A DNA stretch of 51,062 bases. It comes from a virus. Positions 41,849 through 48,974 of the stretch are shown in pieces. The stretch lies in the IMG/VR virus record IMGVR_UViG_3300015192_000001, positions 1 to 51,062 of that record; one strand, written 5' to 3'. Every line of letters begins with the position of its first letter. Position 1 is the stretch's first letter. Both the position numbers and the translations under genes were made by a program. The notes beneath the pieces were generated by a model. The model was not told the origin of the DNA. It saw only the letters and a list, made by a program, of their open reading frames with translations, and did not search any database.

Positions 41849-42101
41849 AGGTCTCCAGATAAGTCACAACTGCTTTCGCTTTGTCGAGCGTGAGCCGCCC
41901 GACGATGTAGTGGTTACAGAAGCCGCATAGGAGTCCACGAACCTTGCCTGTCTTATGGTCATGGTCCACGGCAAGCCGGATCTTCTTGGGAGGCTTACGG
42001 CAGATGGCACAAAGTCCATCCTGCCTGGTGAGCATTCCGTCGTAGTCGGTGAGGGTGAGTCCGTACTTCTTCTGTAGATAGCGCTCACGCGCTGATGTCA
42101 C
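41841..42101 (-). CDS. Endonuclease VII-family (HNH-superfamily) nuclease, 86 aa
   Basis: Motifs: CAICRK... and VDHDHKTGKVRGLLCGFCN. Confidence 0.75.
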   Translation of the reverse strand: MTSARERYLQKKYGLTLTDYDGMLTRQDGLCAICRKPPKKIRLAVDHDHKTGKVRGLLCGFCNHYIVGRLTLDKAKAVVTYLETYG

Positions 42102-42772
42102 TCAGCAGCGATTTCGTCAGCCAACCCATACTTTACGCACTGGTCCGCATCCAAGATCCATTCGCCGGTCTTGATGCGTCGCTTGATATCGGCCTCTTTG
42201 AGATTGCTGTGGTGTGCAAGCAGTTTGACCAGTCGGTTGTTGAGGCGCTCAAGGAAGGCCGTCTGGTTCTTCATTTCCTCGAGAGAGCCGCGGGCCCCGG
42301 CCTGAACCTCATGAATGAGGAAGTAGCTGTTGGGGGTTACGACTCGGGTGCTACCAGCCTGGAGCAGGACGCCGGCCATGGAGGCCGACATGCCCATGCA
42401 GACTGTGCGGATCGGAGTACCCTCGGCGATGACACCACGGAGATAGTCGAAGAGTGCTAGTCCATTGAGGACATCACCCCCGGGGCTGTTGAATCGAATC
42501 GTGATCTCTGACTTGGGGGCCTGTCGGGCCCACTTAGAGATCTGGTCGATCACCTCGGCGACGCTGCCCTTGTCGACCTGCGTACCGAAATCGAGGATGC
42601 GATTACGTGCGTTACTGGTGGACTGTTCGCTGGCGAGGGACCGGAACTCATCGAGCTCGATCTCTGCTTTTGATGCGCTGGCTTTGGCTTCCCGAGCCTT
42701 GGCTCGGTAGAAGTCTGCTTCTGCAGTGAACTTCTCAGCCTGAGCAGCAGACACTGCAATGGCTTTGGTCAA
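42098..42772 (-). CDS. ClpP-family (S14) serine protease, 224 aa, with an N-terminal coiled coil
   Basis: TTG start. Motifs: FNSPGGDVLNGLALFDY, CMGMSASMAGVLLQAG and FLIHEVQ. Confidence 0.7.
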   Translation of the reverse strand: MTKAIAVSAAQAEKFTAEADFYRAKAREAKASASKAEIELDEFRSLASEQSTSNARNRILDFGTQVDKGSVAEVIDQISKWARQAPKSEITIRFNSPGGDVLNGLALFDYLRGVIAEGTPIRTVCMGMSASMAGVLLQAGSTRVVTPNSYFLIHEVQAGARGSLEEMKNQTAFLERLNNRLVKLLAHHSNLKEADIKRRIKTGEWILDADQCVKYGLADEIAAE

Positions 42773-42963
42773 AAGGGCAAATCCTCCTGGGTGGGTGGCC
42801 CACCCGCTACTTGCGAAAGCTCTTCGATCGCTGCGAGCCGCTCTGCCTCGGGGACCACGCCAAACTCATGTGTAAGTCCCAGCGTGGCCAGAACGAGATC
42901 ACGGATGTGACTCTGTGGAGCAGCAGCGATGGAACGAATCACGACTTCTGGCACGGTGATCAC
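42769..42963 (-). CDS. Small acidic protein, 64 aa, ending ...PTQEDLPF
   Basis: GTG start. The C-terminal EDLPF resembles the SSB tip (DDDIPF class). Confidence 0.55.
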   Translation of the reverse strand: MITVPEVVIRSIAAAPQSHIRDLVLATLGLTHEFGVVPEAERLAAIEELSQVAGGPPTQEDLPF

Positions 42964-43343
42964 TAGGCGTTCTGCTTGAAGCCACAGGTGTTGCAGGCAT
43001 AGAAGGACGGGTAGGGCTTGCCTGCCTTACTCAACTTGCCAGTCTCATTGGTTCCCTTGACTCGACGCATCGGTCCGCACCCGGTGGGGCACTCGGCCGA
43101 GACTTCGGCGCCAAAGGTCTTTGCCGCGGCAGCGAGCATCGGATCGATGATCGGAGCCTGGGTACTCGTGGGCTTGTTGAATGACCCCGACTTAGGGGCG
43201 CGGGGGCTTGCGCCATCCGCAAGAAGAGCCTCGATCAGGGCTGTACGGCCCTCGAGAAGAGCGGCTGGCTCTTCTGCCGAAACCTGAATGTGTTCCTCAA
43301 AGCCTTCTTTGCTGTTGAAGAACAGGTCGTAGGTAAGTGCCAA
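42963..43343 (-). CDS. Hypothetical protein, 126 aa, with a C-terminal zinc ribbon
   Basis: TTG 8 nt after GGAGG. Zinc ribbon: CPTGCG...CNTCG. Confidence 0.6.
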   Translation of the reverse strand: MALTYDLFFNSKEGFEEHIQVSAEEPAALLEGRTALIEALLADGASPRAPKSGSFNKPTSTQAPIIDPMLAAAAKTFGAEVSAECPTGCGPMRRVKGTNETGKLSKAGKPYPSFYACNTCGFKQNA

Positions 43344-43344
43344 A

Positions 43345-43647
43345 CTAGGAACCTCCGTGTTTATTGAGTGACATGCGGGTCATGAGGGCGCGGTCCATGC
43401 CCTTGACAAGAGCCTCGAAGAGATCCTCAACGGCCTGACAGCGGAACACGTAGTCAGGGTCTTCGGAGGAATGTCTTGCGCGGCGCTTCTTGTCTTTGGC
43501 TAGGGCGTACCACCACCCGAGGGTTTGGTAGGCCTCTTGGAGCTGTGTAATGGGGACGCTGAACGGGTCCCACGCCGTGCTGATGGCTAGTCTGATCTTG
43601 ACCTTCTCGAGTTCATCATCAGTGATGAAGTCGACTATGTCGTGAAT
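43345..43647 (-). CDS. Hypothetical protein, about 100 aa, with no ATG/GTG/TTG start. Coordinates assume ATT at 43645..43647; the frame is open up to the TAG at 43684..43686.
   Basis: Absent from the track. Hand translation: ...IHDIVDFITDDELEKVKIRLAISTAWDPFSVPITQLQEAYQTLGWWYALAKDKKRRARHSSEDPDYVFRCQAVEDLFEALVKGMDRALMTRMSLNKHGGS*. The stop is 1 nt from the next start. A consensus promoter lies upstream. Confidence 0.5.
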   Translation of the reverse strand: MHDIVDFITDDELEKVKIRLAISTAWDPFSVPITQLQEAYQTLGWWYALAKDKKRRARHSSEDPDYVFRCQAVEDLFEALVKGMDRALMTRMSLNKHGGS

Positions 43648-43794
43648 TGGTGCACGACCTTTCTGTGTTTCTTGCCTATCTCCCTAATGCGTTCCCGATC
43701 GTTCTCGTGCCTCTGAAATCCCAGGAGTATCTGGCAATACTTGCAGCGAGTTTCTATGGGGAAGACTGAGGGGAAGTACCTTTCTACCTTAGCG

Positions 43795-43823
43795 ATTATA
43801 GCACATCCATTCTATTTTGTCAA
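43795..43823 (-). promoter_or_regulatory. Consensus sigma-70-type promoter: TTGACA, 17-nt spacer, TATAAT
   Basis: Minus strand reads cTTGACAaaatagaatggatgtgcTATAATcgc. -35 at 43818..43823 and -10 at 43795..43800, directly after the dnaB stop. Confidence 0.75.
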
Positions 43824-43824
43824 G

Positions 43825-45081
43825 TTATCTCACTACGAACTTCGACTGTTCCTTGAGTAGTGCGAGGGTGAACAACCCCGTCGGACCATGGCGATTCTTA
43901 GCGACCTTGCACTGGGTAAAGACGAGATGACTAGCCGGATCATCCTTGCCCTCACGCCAGAGGAAGATCACTTGATCGCTGTCCTGCTCGACCGAGCCGC
44001 TGTCGCGGAGGTCTGACAGCCGGGGTTCTCCATCCCCCCGGGCCTCAACCTGCCGGTTCAGCTGAGACACGGCGATGACTGGGATCTGCAACTCCCGGGA
44101 GAGGACTTTCAGCTGTCGGGTGATGATTGAAACTTGTTCCACCCTGCTGTCCGTACTCTCCGGGGGAGTGATGAGGCCGAGATAATCGACTACGAGTAGG
44201 TCCAGTCCCCGCTCTGCCTTCTCCCGCTTAGCACGGGTAGAGAGCTCGAAGGTAGACATGCTTGAGGTGTCGTCGATCGCCAACTGCCACGTTGACATGC
44301 GGTAGATGGCAATGCCGATCCTCGCAATGTCTTCCATGGTGAGGCGGTGTTGGCGGATACGGTGTGAGTCCACCCCAGACTCCGAAGCGATGAGTCGCTC
44401 CATGAGTTCGGCAGCACTCATCTCGAGGGAGTAGAAGCCGACCTTGTTGCCCTTGGAGGCGACATATGCAGCGATGTTCAGGGCCAACGTGGTCTTCCCC
44501 ACCCCCGGCCGTGCAGCCATTGTGATTAGACGTCCTGCTCCGAGTCCTCCAATTCGTGCATCAAGCGGGCTGTATCCCGTCGGAATTTCCGTGGGCCTGG
44601 GCGCCACGGTGGTAGGAGCAAATAGCCCAAATCGTTGGAAGCCATCGCCCCGCGTAGGTCGTATAGAAAGAAGGGAATGTTCGAGTTCGTCAAGGATCTT
44701 GACGGGGTCGCCAGACACAGCTTGCTCCGCCGTCCGCTCACCCAAATCCACGAGATGCCGTCCGAGGCTCTTTCCTGAGACAATTCGGGCGTAGTCTTCG
44801 ACTCGCTCCACATGTGACTCTTCGTCCCGATACCCTGCGACGAGAGACTTGGCTCCGGCAAAGTGGGGAGACAGAACCTCGGTGACGCTGACATGATCTG
44901 GCTTACCACCTTGTGCCCAAATTTCCAGTGCTGCTTCGAAGACTGCGCGGTTCTCTGGTTGGTAGAAATCTTCCGGTCGGAGGGACTCGAGGTGCAAGAA
45001 GGCTAGGCCGGCTGAATCGAGAATCGCTGCGATGATTGCTCGCTCCGCGTCCGGTGCTGTTGGCATGAGGCTTGGGTTCAT
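43825..45081 (-). CDS. dnaB: DnaB-family replicative helicase, 418 aa
   Basis: N-terminus APDAERAIIAAILD. Walker A MAARPGVGKTTLALNIA. Walker B LLVVDYLGLI. Also SQLNRQVE and SGSVEQDSDQVIFL. Confidence 0.85.
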   Translation of the reverse strand: MNPSLMPTAPDAERAIIAAILDSAGLAFLHLESLRPEDFYQPENRAVFEAALEIWAQGGKPDHVSVTEVLSPHFAGAKSLVAGYRDEESHVERVEDYARIVSGKSLGRHLVDLGERTAEQAVSGDPVKILDELEHSLLSIRPTRGDGFQRFGLFAPTTVAPRPTEIPTGYSPLDARIGGLGAGRLITMAARPGVGKTTLALNIAAYVASKGNKVGFYSLEMSAAELMERLIASESGVDSHRIRQHRLTMEDIARIGIAIYRMSTWQLAIDDTSSMSTFELSTRAKREKAERGLDLLVVDYLGLITPPESTDSRVEQVSIITRQLKVLSRELQIPVIAVSQLNRQVEARGDGEPRLSDLRDSGSVEQDSDQVIFLWREGKDDPASHLVFTQCKVAKNRHGPTGLFTLALLKEQSKFVVR

Positions 45082-46012
45082 ACTTAGGCCACAGGTTCCT
45101 CTCTCGAAGTGCGTCGATTACAGACTCTTGCGTGCATCCCGAAAAGCAGTGCACCAGCACTCGCCCATCGTTTTCCTTAACAGAGAACGACGGAGTCGAG
45201 TCGGAATGTGCTGGACAATGCACTGCTCCCCATCCACGTCGGGCGGCGTACTCACATGGGCACCTGTTCCCACAGGTCAGTCCATGTAGCAGCTTCCCGA
45301 TATCGATGTCCGTACGCCCTGGTCCGGAGGTTCGGATCGCAGGGGGTGGAGGGTTCTTAAGAATGCGGATCGCCGGACCCCCGATGCCAGAGGCTGCACA
45401 GAGACGGGCCGCGTCGGCGCCGTACTGCTTAACGTAGTCGGTGAGGTCCAGGTCCTGAGTTGAGTACCACTCCCCGAAGTCTTTGGAGAGGACCCACTTG
45501 CCGATCTTCTCAGGTGGGAGAAGAAAGGTCACGGAAATGGCAGTGTTGTTTGTCTCGAGCAGACCCGTCACAAGTGCCCGCGTAGCCTTCCAGCCCGCCT
45601 TGTCGGCATCCATGATGATGTTCACGTACGGGTAAGAGGCAAGCCTCGGCAGGACGTTGTTGACGGTGCTGACCCCCATGAGGCCCATGGCATTCATGCC
45701 AAGGTTCAGGGCCGTCACCGTGTCTGTGTGGCCCTCACAGAGGACAACAGGTATACCGATCGGCTTGGGAAGGTAGAGCTGGGGGGCCGGCAGTTCATGT
45801 TTGTACTTCGGACCCTCGCCAGTCCACTGACGCGTCGTGTAGTACCACGCCCCGTCGAGGTCCTGCGAGGGGAAGAGGAACCGGTCACCCTCAAGCCCGA
45901 TGTGGGCATCAAGAATGGCCTCTCCGGTCCAACCGTACCGCTCACGTAGGAACTGGACTGCAGCCTTGTTAGCCCACAGATTTAGCTCCGCATCGTTCAC
46001 GCGTTGTGTCAT
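44903..46012 (-). CDS. DnaG-type primase with permuted domain order: RNA-polymerase/TOPRIM core first, CHC2 zinc finger last. The track start at 46063 is less likely.
   Basis: GPKYKHELP. TOPRIM motifs VVLCEGHTDTVTA and IIMDADKAG. C-terminal finger HCPAHSDSTPSFSVKENDGRVLVHCFSGC. The last about 60 codons overlap dnaB and look like out-of-frame sequence. Confidence 0.7.
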   Translation of the reverse strand: MTQRVNDAELNLWANKAAVQFLRERYGWTGEAILDAHIGLEGDRFLFPSQDLDGAWYYTTRQWTGEGPKYKHELPAPQLYLPKPIGIPVVLCEGHTDTVTALNLGMNAMGLMGVSTVNNVLPRLASYPYVNIIMDADKAGWKATRALVTGLLETNNTAISVTFLLPPEKIGKWVLSKDFGEWYSTQDLDLTDYVKQYGADAARLCAASGIGGPAIRILKNPPPPAIRTSGPGRTDIDIGKLLHGLTCGNRCPCEYAARRGWGAVHCPAHSDSTPSFSVKENDGRVLVHCFSGCTQESVIDALRERNLWPKYEPKPHANSTGRGASNHRSDSRFSRPSLLAPRVPPTGRFLPTREPRSLRSSTGNLGTRW

Positions 46013-46019
46013 ATCTCTC

Positions 46020-46215
46020 CGACTAGAGCAATGATTTCGGGGCCCGAATGTCAGCGCGGGCACACCCTAAATTGCTGTATTTGCTAAGGAATTCGGGTAT
46101 TTGCTGGTGTGGGTTGAGCAATGAGTCTTCAGACCATTGCTCTACCAACTGAGCTATCTCGGCCTATTTCTGCAAGTTTAGCCGTTTCGAGTGCTCAGTG
46201 AGCAATGATTTCGGT
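46020..46215. other. attP region: a tRNA-Phe-derived core flanked by integrase-arm-type direct repeats
   Basis: Core inverted repeat GAGCAATG-agtcttcagac-CATTGCTC (46116..46142). GAGCAATGATTTCGG at 46026..46040 and 46200..46214. GTATTTGCT at 46077 and 46097. Adjacent to int. Confidence 0.7.
46118..46164 (-). other. 5' half of a tRNA-Phe(GAA): acceptor 5' strand, D arm and anticodon arm only. This is an identity block with the presumed host attB, not a functional tRNA.
   Basis: Minus strand reads GGCCGAGATAGCTCAGTTGGTAGAGCAATGGTCTGAAGACTCATTGC. D arm is GCTCAGTTGGTAGAGC and the anticodon loop is CTGAAGA. No T arm or 3' acceptor strand follows. Confidence 0.75.
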
Positions 46216-46298
46216 TACTTGAAAAAGATGAGGAACACGATGATCGTGGCGGCGATGACGAAGGTGCCGGCGGGGTTCTCTTTGATCCACTTGCTCAT
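46215..46298 (-). CDS. Small hydrophobic peptide, 27 aa, translationally coupled to int
   Basis: ATGA overlap with the int stop, and GGAGG 6 nt upstream. Sequence MSKWIKENPAGTFVIAATIIVFLIFFK*. Confidence 0.45.
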   Translation of the reverse strand: MSKWIKENPAGTFVIAATIIVFLIFFK

Positions 46299-47275
46299 AT
46301 CGCGCCTCCAAATACTTTGCTCAGCGTTGCGGGGTAGGTCTTCAACTGACTCGTAGGAATCTTGCCAACGTAGCGGCGCAGCATGTTGGGGCCTTCCCAT
46401 CCCATGATCTGGAGGATCGCCGTCTCCGGCACCCCCGCCTCATGGAGCTGCTGTGCCCGGTCTACCCGAAGGCGGTGCTGCTTGAAGGGCACGCCTTCCT
46501 TGGCGGCAAGGGCCCGAAACCGCTGGGCCATGGTGTGCCATCCAGAGTCACTGAATGGATGTCCCTCATCGGTGACGAAGAGCGTCTCTTCGCCCTCACC
46601 CCTCCACTCGGCCCGGGTGTTGCGGATGTAGTCCATGATGGGGGCCTTGGCTATGTGTTCCATGGGGACGATACGGACACCAGCATCCGTCTTGGTTTCA
46701 TCCGGCTCTGAAATAACGAAGTGACCCATCTCCTTGCGCTTACCGAAGATGATGTTTCCAAGTCGAAGAAGTCGTGTCTCACGAGATCGAAACCCGTGCA
46801 GCTCCACAGCGAGCCAAGCCCTCTTGAGTACAGGGTTCGGTGCGTCCCCAGCAACTCTGAGTAGGGTACGGACTTCTGCATCTGAGTATCCCGGGAGGCC
46901 TGTCTTGCTCGGCCGCGGGGTCCTACATGAAGCCAGTATCGATAGGCGGGCGAGTTCGTCTCCGGCATACCAGGCCTTCTTTTCTGCGAGGAAGTTGGAC
47001 AACGCCTTGAGGGCGATCATCTTGTTCATCGCGGTGTGGTTCTGCTTCGCCTTCAAGGGTCGGATGTAATCCTCTGCAGTGTTGGCGGTCAGGCCCCCCA
47101 GGACGCGCTGGTCGTCGGGGAGCCAGTTCAGGAACGCATACAGGTGGGACCGGTAGGTCTTCCACGTAGCCTCTCGAAGATCGCTCTCGCGGTCCTGTAG
47201 GAACCACTCGATCGCTGCCTCGAGAGAACTACTAGCGTCCTTCACGCGAGCGTATGCGGCTGTAAAGGTTCTCAT
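46295..47275 (-). CDS. int: Tyrosine integrase (site-specific recombinase), 326 aa
   Basis: N-terminal SAM-like domain. Catalytic region: HGFRSRETR, HRLRVDRAQQLHEAG and IMGWEGPNMLRRYVG. Confidence 0.85.
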   Translation of the reverse strand: MRTFTAAYARVKDASSSLEAAIEWFLQDRESDLREATWKTYRSHLYAFLNWLPDDQRVLGGLTANTAEDYIRPLKAKQNHTAMNKMIALKALSNFLAEKKAWYAGDELARLSILASCRTPRPSKTGLPGYSDAEVRTLLRVAGDAPNPVLKRAWLAVELHGFRSRETRLLRLGNIIFGKRKEMGHFVISEPDETKTDAGVRIVPMEHIAKAPIMDYIRNTRAEWRGEGEETLFVTDEGHPFSDSGWHTMAQRFRALAAKEGVPFKQHRLRVDRAQQLHEAGVPETAILQIMGWEGPNMLRRYVGKIPTSQLKTYPATLSKVFGGAI

Positions 47276-47316
47276 GCGGCACCCTTCCGGGTGTACCCGC
47301 GCTGACGAAAGTCAGT

Positions 47317-47589
47317 CTAACCATTCTTCACATCTCCGCAACATTGGCCACTACCAAGAAATGGACAGTAGGAAATCCGCCAGTCCTGCTTGACAAATGG
47401 TTGGCCCTTCTTTGGGCCAATCTTGTAGATCTGAGGTTCGCCAGCTTTGGTCAGGATTGGTACGTCCGGCAGTGGTGCCGGCAGATCTCCGCAGTCCTGG
47501 AAGATGGCGTACTGCTCATCGAGGTGGACTAGCTTCTTCTTGACGTTCTCACGGAGTTCGTCCGTAATCTTGATCTCGAACTCCATCAC
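47317..47589 (-). CDS. C-terminal fragment of the split Cas4/RecB-like exonuclease, 90 aa
   Basis: GTG-ATG start after AAGGA. Contains VMEFEIKITDE... and a terminal Cys cluster (YCPFLGSGQCCG). Same frame as the inserted Endo VII ORF. Confidence 0.55.
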   Translation of the reverse strand: MMEFEIKITDELRENVKKKLVHLDEQYAIFQDCGDLPAPLPDVPILTKAGEPQIYKIGPKKGQPFVKQDWRISYCPFLGSGQCCGDVKNG

Positions 47590-47605
47590 TGCCGCATCGT
47601 CCTTG

Positions 47606-48472
47606 CTACCAGTACACCAGGCGACCCCACCTAGGAGCTGAAATCAGCCCCGTCCCTTCACATTGGATACATAGTTCATTGCTCTCGCTAGGTTCTCTTC
47701 CCCCAGCATCCCGAGAGATGCGTTGCATCTCTGACATAGCATGCCCCGGAAGAGTCCCGTCGAGTGGTCGTGATCGAAGCAGTTCGCTTCTCTCGTCAGG
47801 CAGATTGAGCACTTCTGCGGCGGCGGAACTTCTAGGAGGCCGTACTTCTTCGCCTTGCGAAGTCTCGCCTTTTGCTGTTGTTCTGTCAGGTTCGCCGCTC
47901 GCCATAGCGGAAAGTAATTGCGATTCTTCGCATTCCACTTTCTCTTGGATTCTCGCACCTTCTCGCGGTTCTGTTCGACGTAGCGCTTCTTTGCCTCGAG
48001 GCTCGGTTGTGTCGTTTTTACACTCCTGGCAAGTTGATGGAAAGGTCCCATAGATGCCTAGCTGGAGGATGTGTTCGGGCTTGGGGAGGTCTCCATATCC
48101 GAAGGCTTTTGTTCGGGTTGACTTGTACTCGATGACTTCGAGTTCTCCGTCAGGACGACGGACAAGCGTATCGAGTCGCCCGGATACGTGGTAATCGGCG
48201 TCTCGGACCCGGAGCTCATGACCAACCAACGAATATCCCTCGGGGAGTCCAGACGCAACAGCCTTCTGCAGACCTGCGTGAACCTCGTCTCCCATCCAGA
48301 ACACTCGGAGTGTTCGATCGTCAAAATCGGCCCCCCGGACTCCTGCTCGCTTAAGGACAGCTTGACGCTCGCAGCCTCCAATTTGGGAGGGGTACCAGTG
48401 GGCTTGTGGGCCTTCCCGGACCTCCCGGGTGCTCGAAATGTACCTAGAAATTGCTTCACTGATTAGACCCAA
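47606..48472 (-). CDS. N-terminal catalytic part of a PD-(D/E)XK (Cas4/RecB-like) exonuclease. Only about the first 140 codons (48052..48472) look native; the rest of the ORF is the second frame of the Endo VII gene.
   Basis: Motifs: YPSQIGGCERQ, GRLDTLVRRPDGELEVIEYKS (D...ExK) and HILQLGIY (QxxxY). After the insert the frame reads ...APRWGRLVYW* and stops on TAG at 47606. Confidence 0.6.
   Translation of the reverse strand: MGLISEAISRYISSTREVREGPQAHWYPSQIGGCERQAVLKRAGVRGADFDDRTLRVFWMGDEVHAGLQKAVASGLPEGYSLVGHELRVRDADYHVSGRLDTLVRRPDGELEVIEYKSTRTKAFGYGDLPKPEHILQLGIYGTFPSTCQECKNDTTEPRGKEALRRTEPREGARIQEKVECEESQLLSAMASGEPDRTTAKGETSQGEEVRPPRSSAAAEVLNLPDERSELLRSRPLDGTLPGHAMSEMQRISRDAGGREPSESNELCIQCEGTGLISAPRWGRLVYW
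47644..48051 (-). CDS. Endonuclease VII-family (HNH-superfamily) nuclease, 135 aa. Candidate free-standing homing endonuclease inserted in the exonuclease gene.
   Basis: Motifs: KCSICLTRE and FDHDHSTGLFRGMLCQRCN. Paralog of 41841..42101. The ATG lies inside the codons for ...LGIYG of the exonuclease. Confidence 0.75.
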   Translation of the reverse strand: MGPFHQLARSVKTTQPSLEAKKRYVEQNREKVRESKRKWNAKNRNYFPLWRAANLTEQQQKARLRKAKKYGLLEVPPPQKCSICLTREANCFDHDHSTGLFRGMLCQRCNASLGMLGEENLARAMNYVSNVKGRG

Positions 48473-48522
48473 GTTCGCTTCGCGTTCATGATTGTCACCA
48501 TTTCCTGATCTGATTTGCCCTG

Positions 48523-48551
48523 ACTATACCATATCTAGACCCAAATGTCAA
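48523..48551 (-). promoter_or_regulatory. Near-consensus promoter: TTGACA, 17-nt spacer, TATAGT
   Basis: Minus strand reads cTTGACAtttgggtctagatatggTATAGTcagg, upstream of the exonuclease gene. Confidence 0.7.
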
Positions 48552-48568
48552 GTAGGTAGATATGGAAC

Positions 48569-48598
48569 AAGAGCCGCCCTGATTAGAGAGCGGCTCTT
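48569..48598 (-). terminator. 9-bp hairpin AAGAGCCGC...GCGGCTCTT downstream of gene 48621..48974
   Basis: Read directly. On the minus strand it is followed by TGTTCC, a weak U-tract. Confidence 0.4.
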
Positions 48599-48620
48599 GG
48601 GTCGGGAGAGGAGGGGTTGA

Positions 48621-48974
48621 CTAGTTCGGAGGGGTCTGGGAGAACGCCTGCTTGTCAGCGAGCGCGACGTCCCTGGCTACATTGGCAGCCTCAGCAGACG
48701 CCTCAGCCTTAGCCTGAGCAGCCTCAAAAGCGGCTGTCTTAGCCTTGGATTCTGCGATCTGAGCGTCTTTCTCTTCCTTAGCCAGCTTCTCGGCAGCGGC
48801 TTCGTCTTCCTTGGCCTTCTTGTCAGCAGCCTCTTTGTCTGCCTTAGCCTGCTTCTCAGCAGGAGTGGCGGCAGCATCTGCCTTCTTTTGGGCAGCCGCC
48901 TCTGCATTGGCCTTCTTTTCGGCAGCGGTCTCGTCTGCGGCTTTTGGCTGGTTAGGGTCTTTCTCGTTAGCCAT
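48621..48974 (-). CDS. Lys/Ala/Glu-rich low-complexity protein, 117 aa (histone H1-like composition)
   Basis: Sequence ...AAEKKANAEAAAQKKADAAATPAEKQAKADKEAADKKAKEDEAAAEKLAKEEKD... Confidence 0.6.
   Translation of the reverse strand: MANEKDPNQPKAADETAAEKKANAEAAAQKKADAAATPAEKQAKADKEAADKKAKEDEAAAEKLAKEEKDAQIAESKAKTAAFEAAQAKAEASAEAANVARDVALADKQAFSQTPPN

Noticed and set aside
46118-46164. A functional phage-encoded tRNA-Phe gene.
   Set aside because: Only the 5' acceptor strand, D arm and anticodon arm are present. There is no T arm and no complementary 3' acceptor strand within reach. Its position next to int and between arm-type repeats fits an attP identity block.
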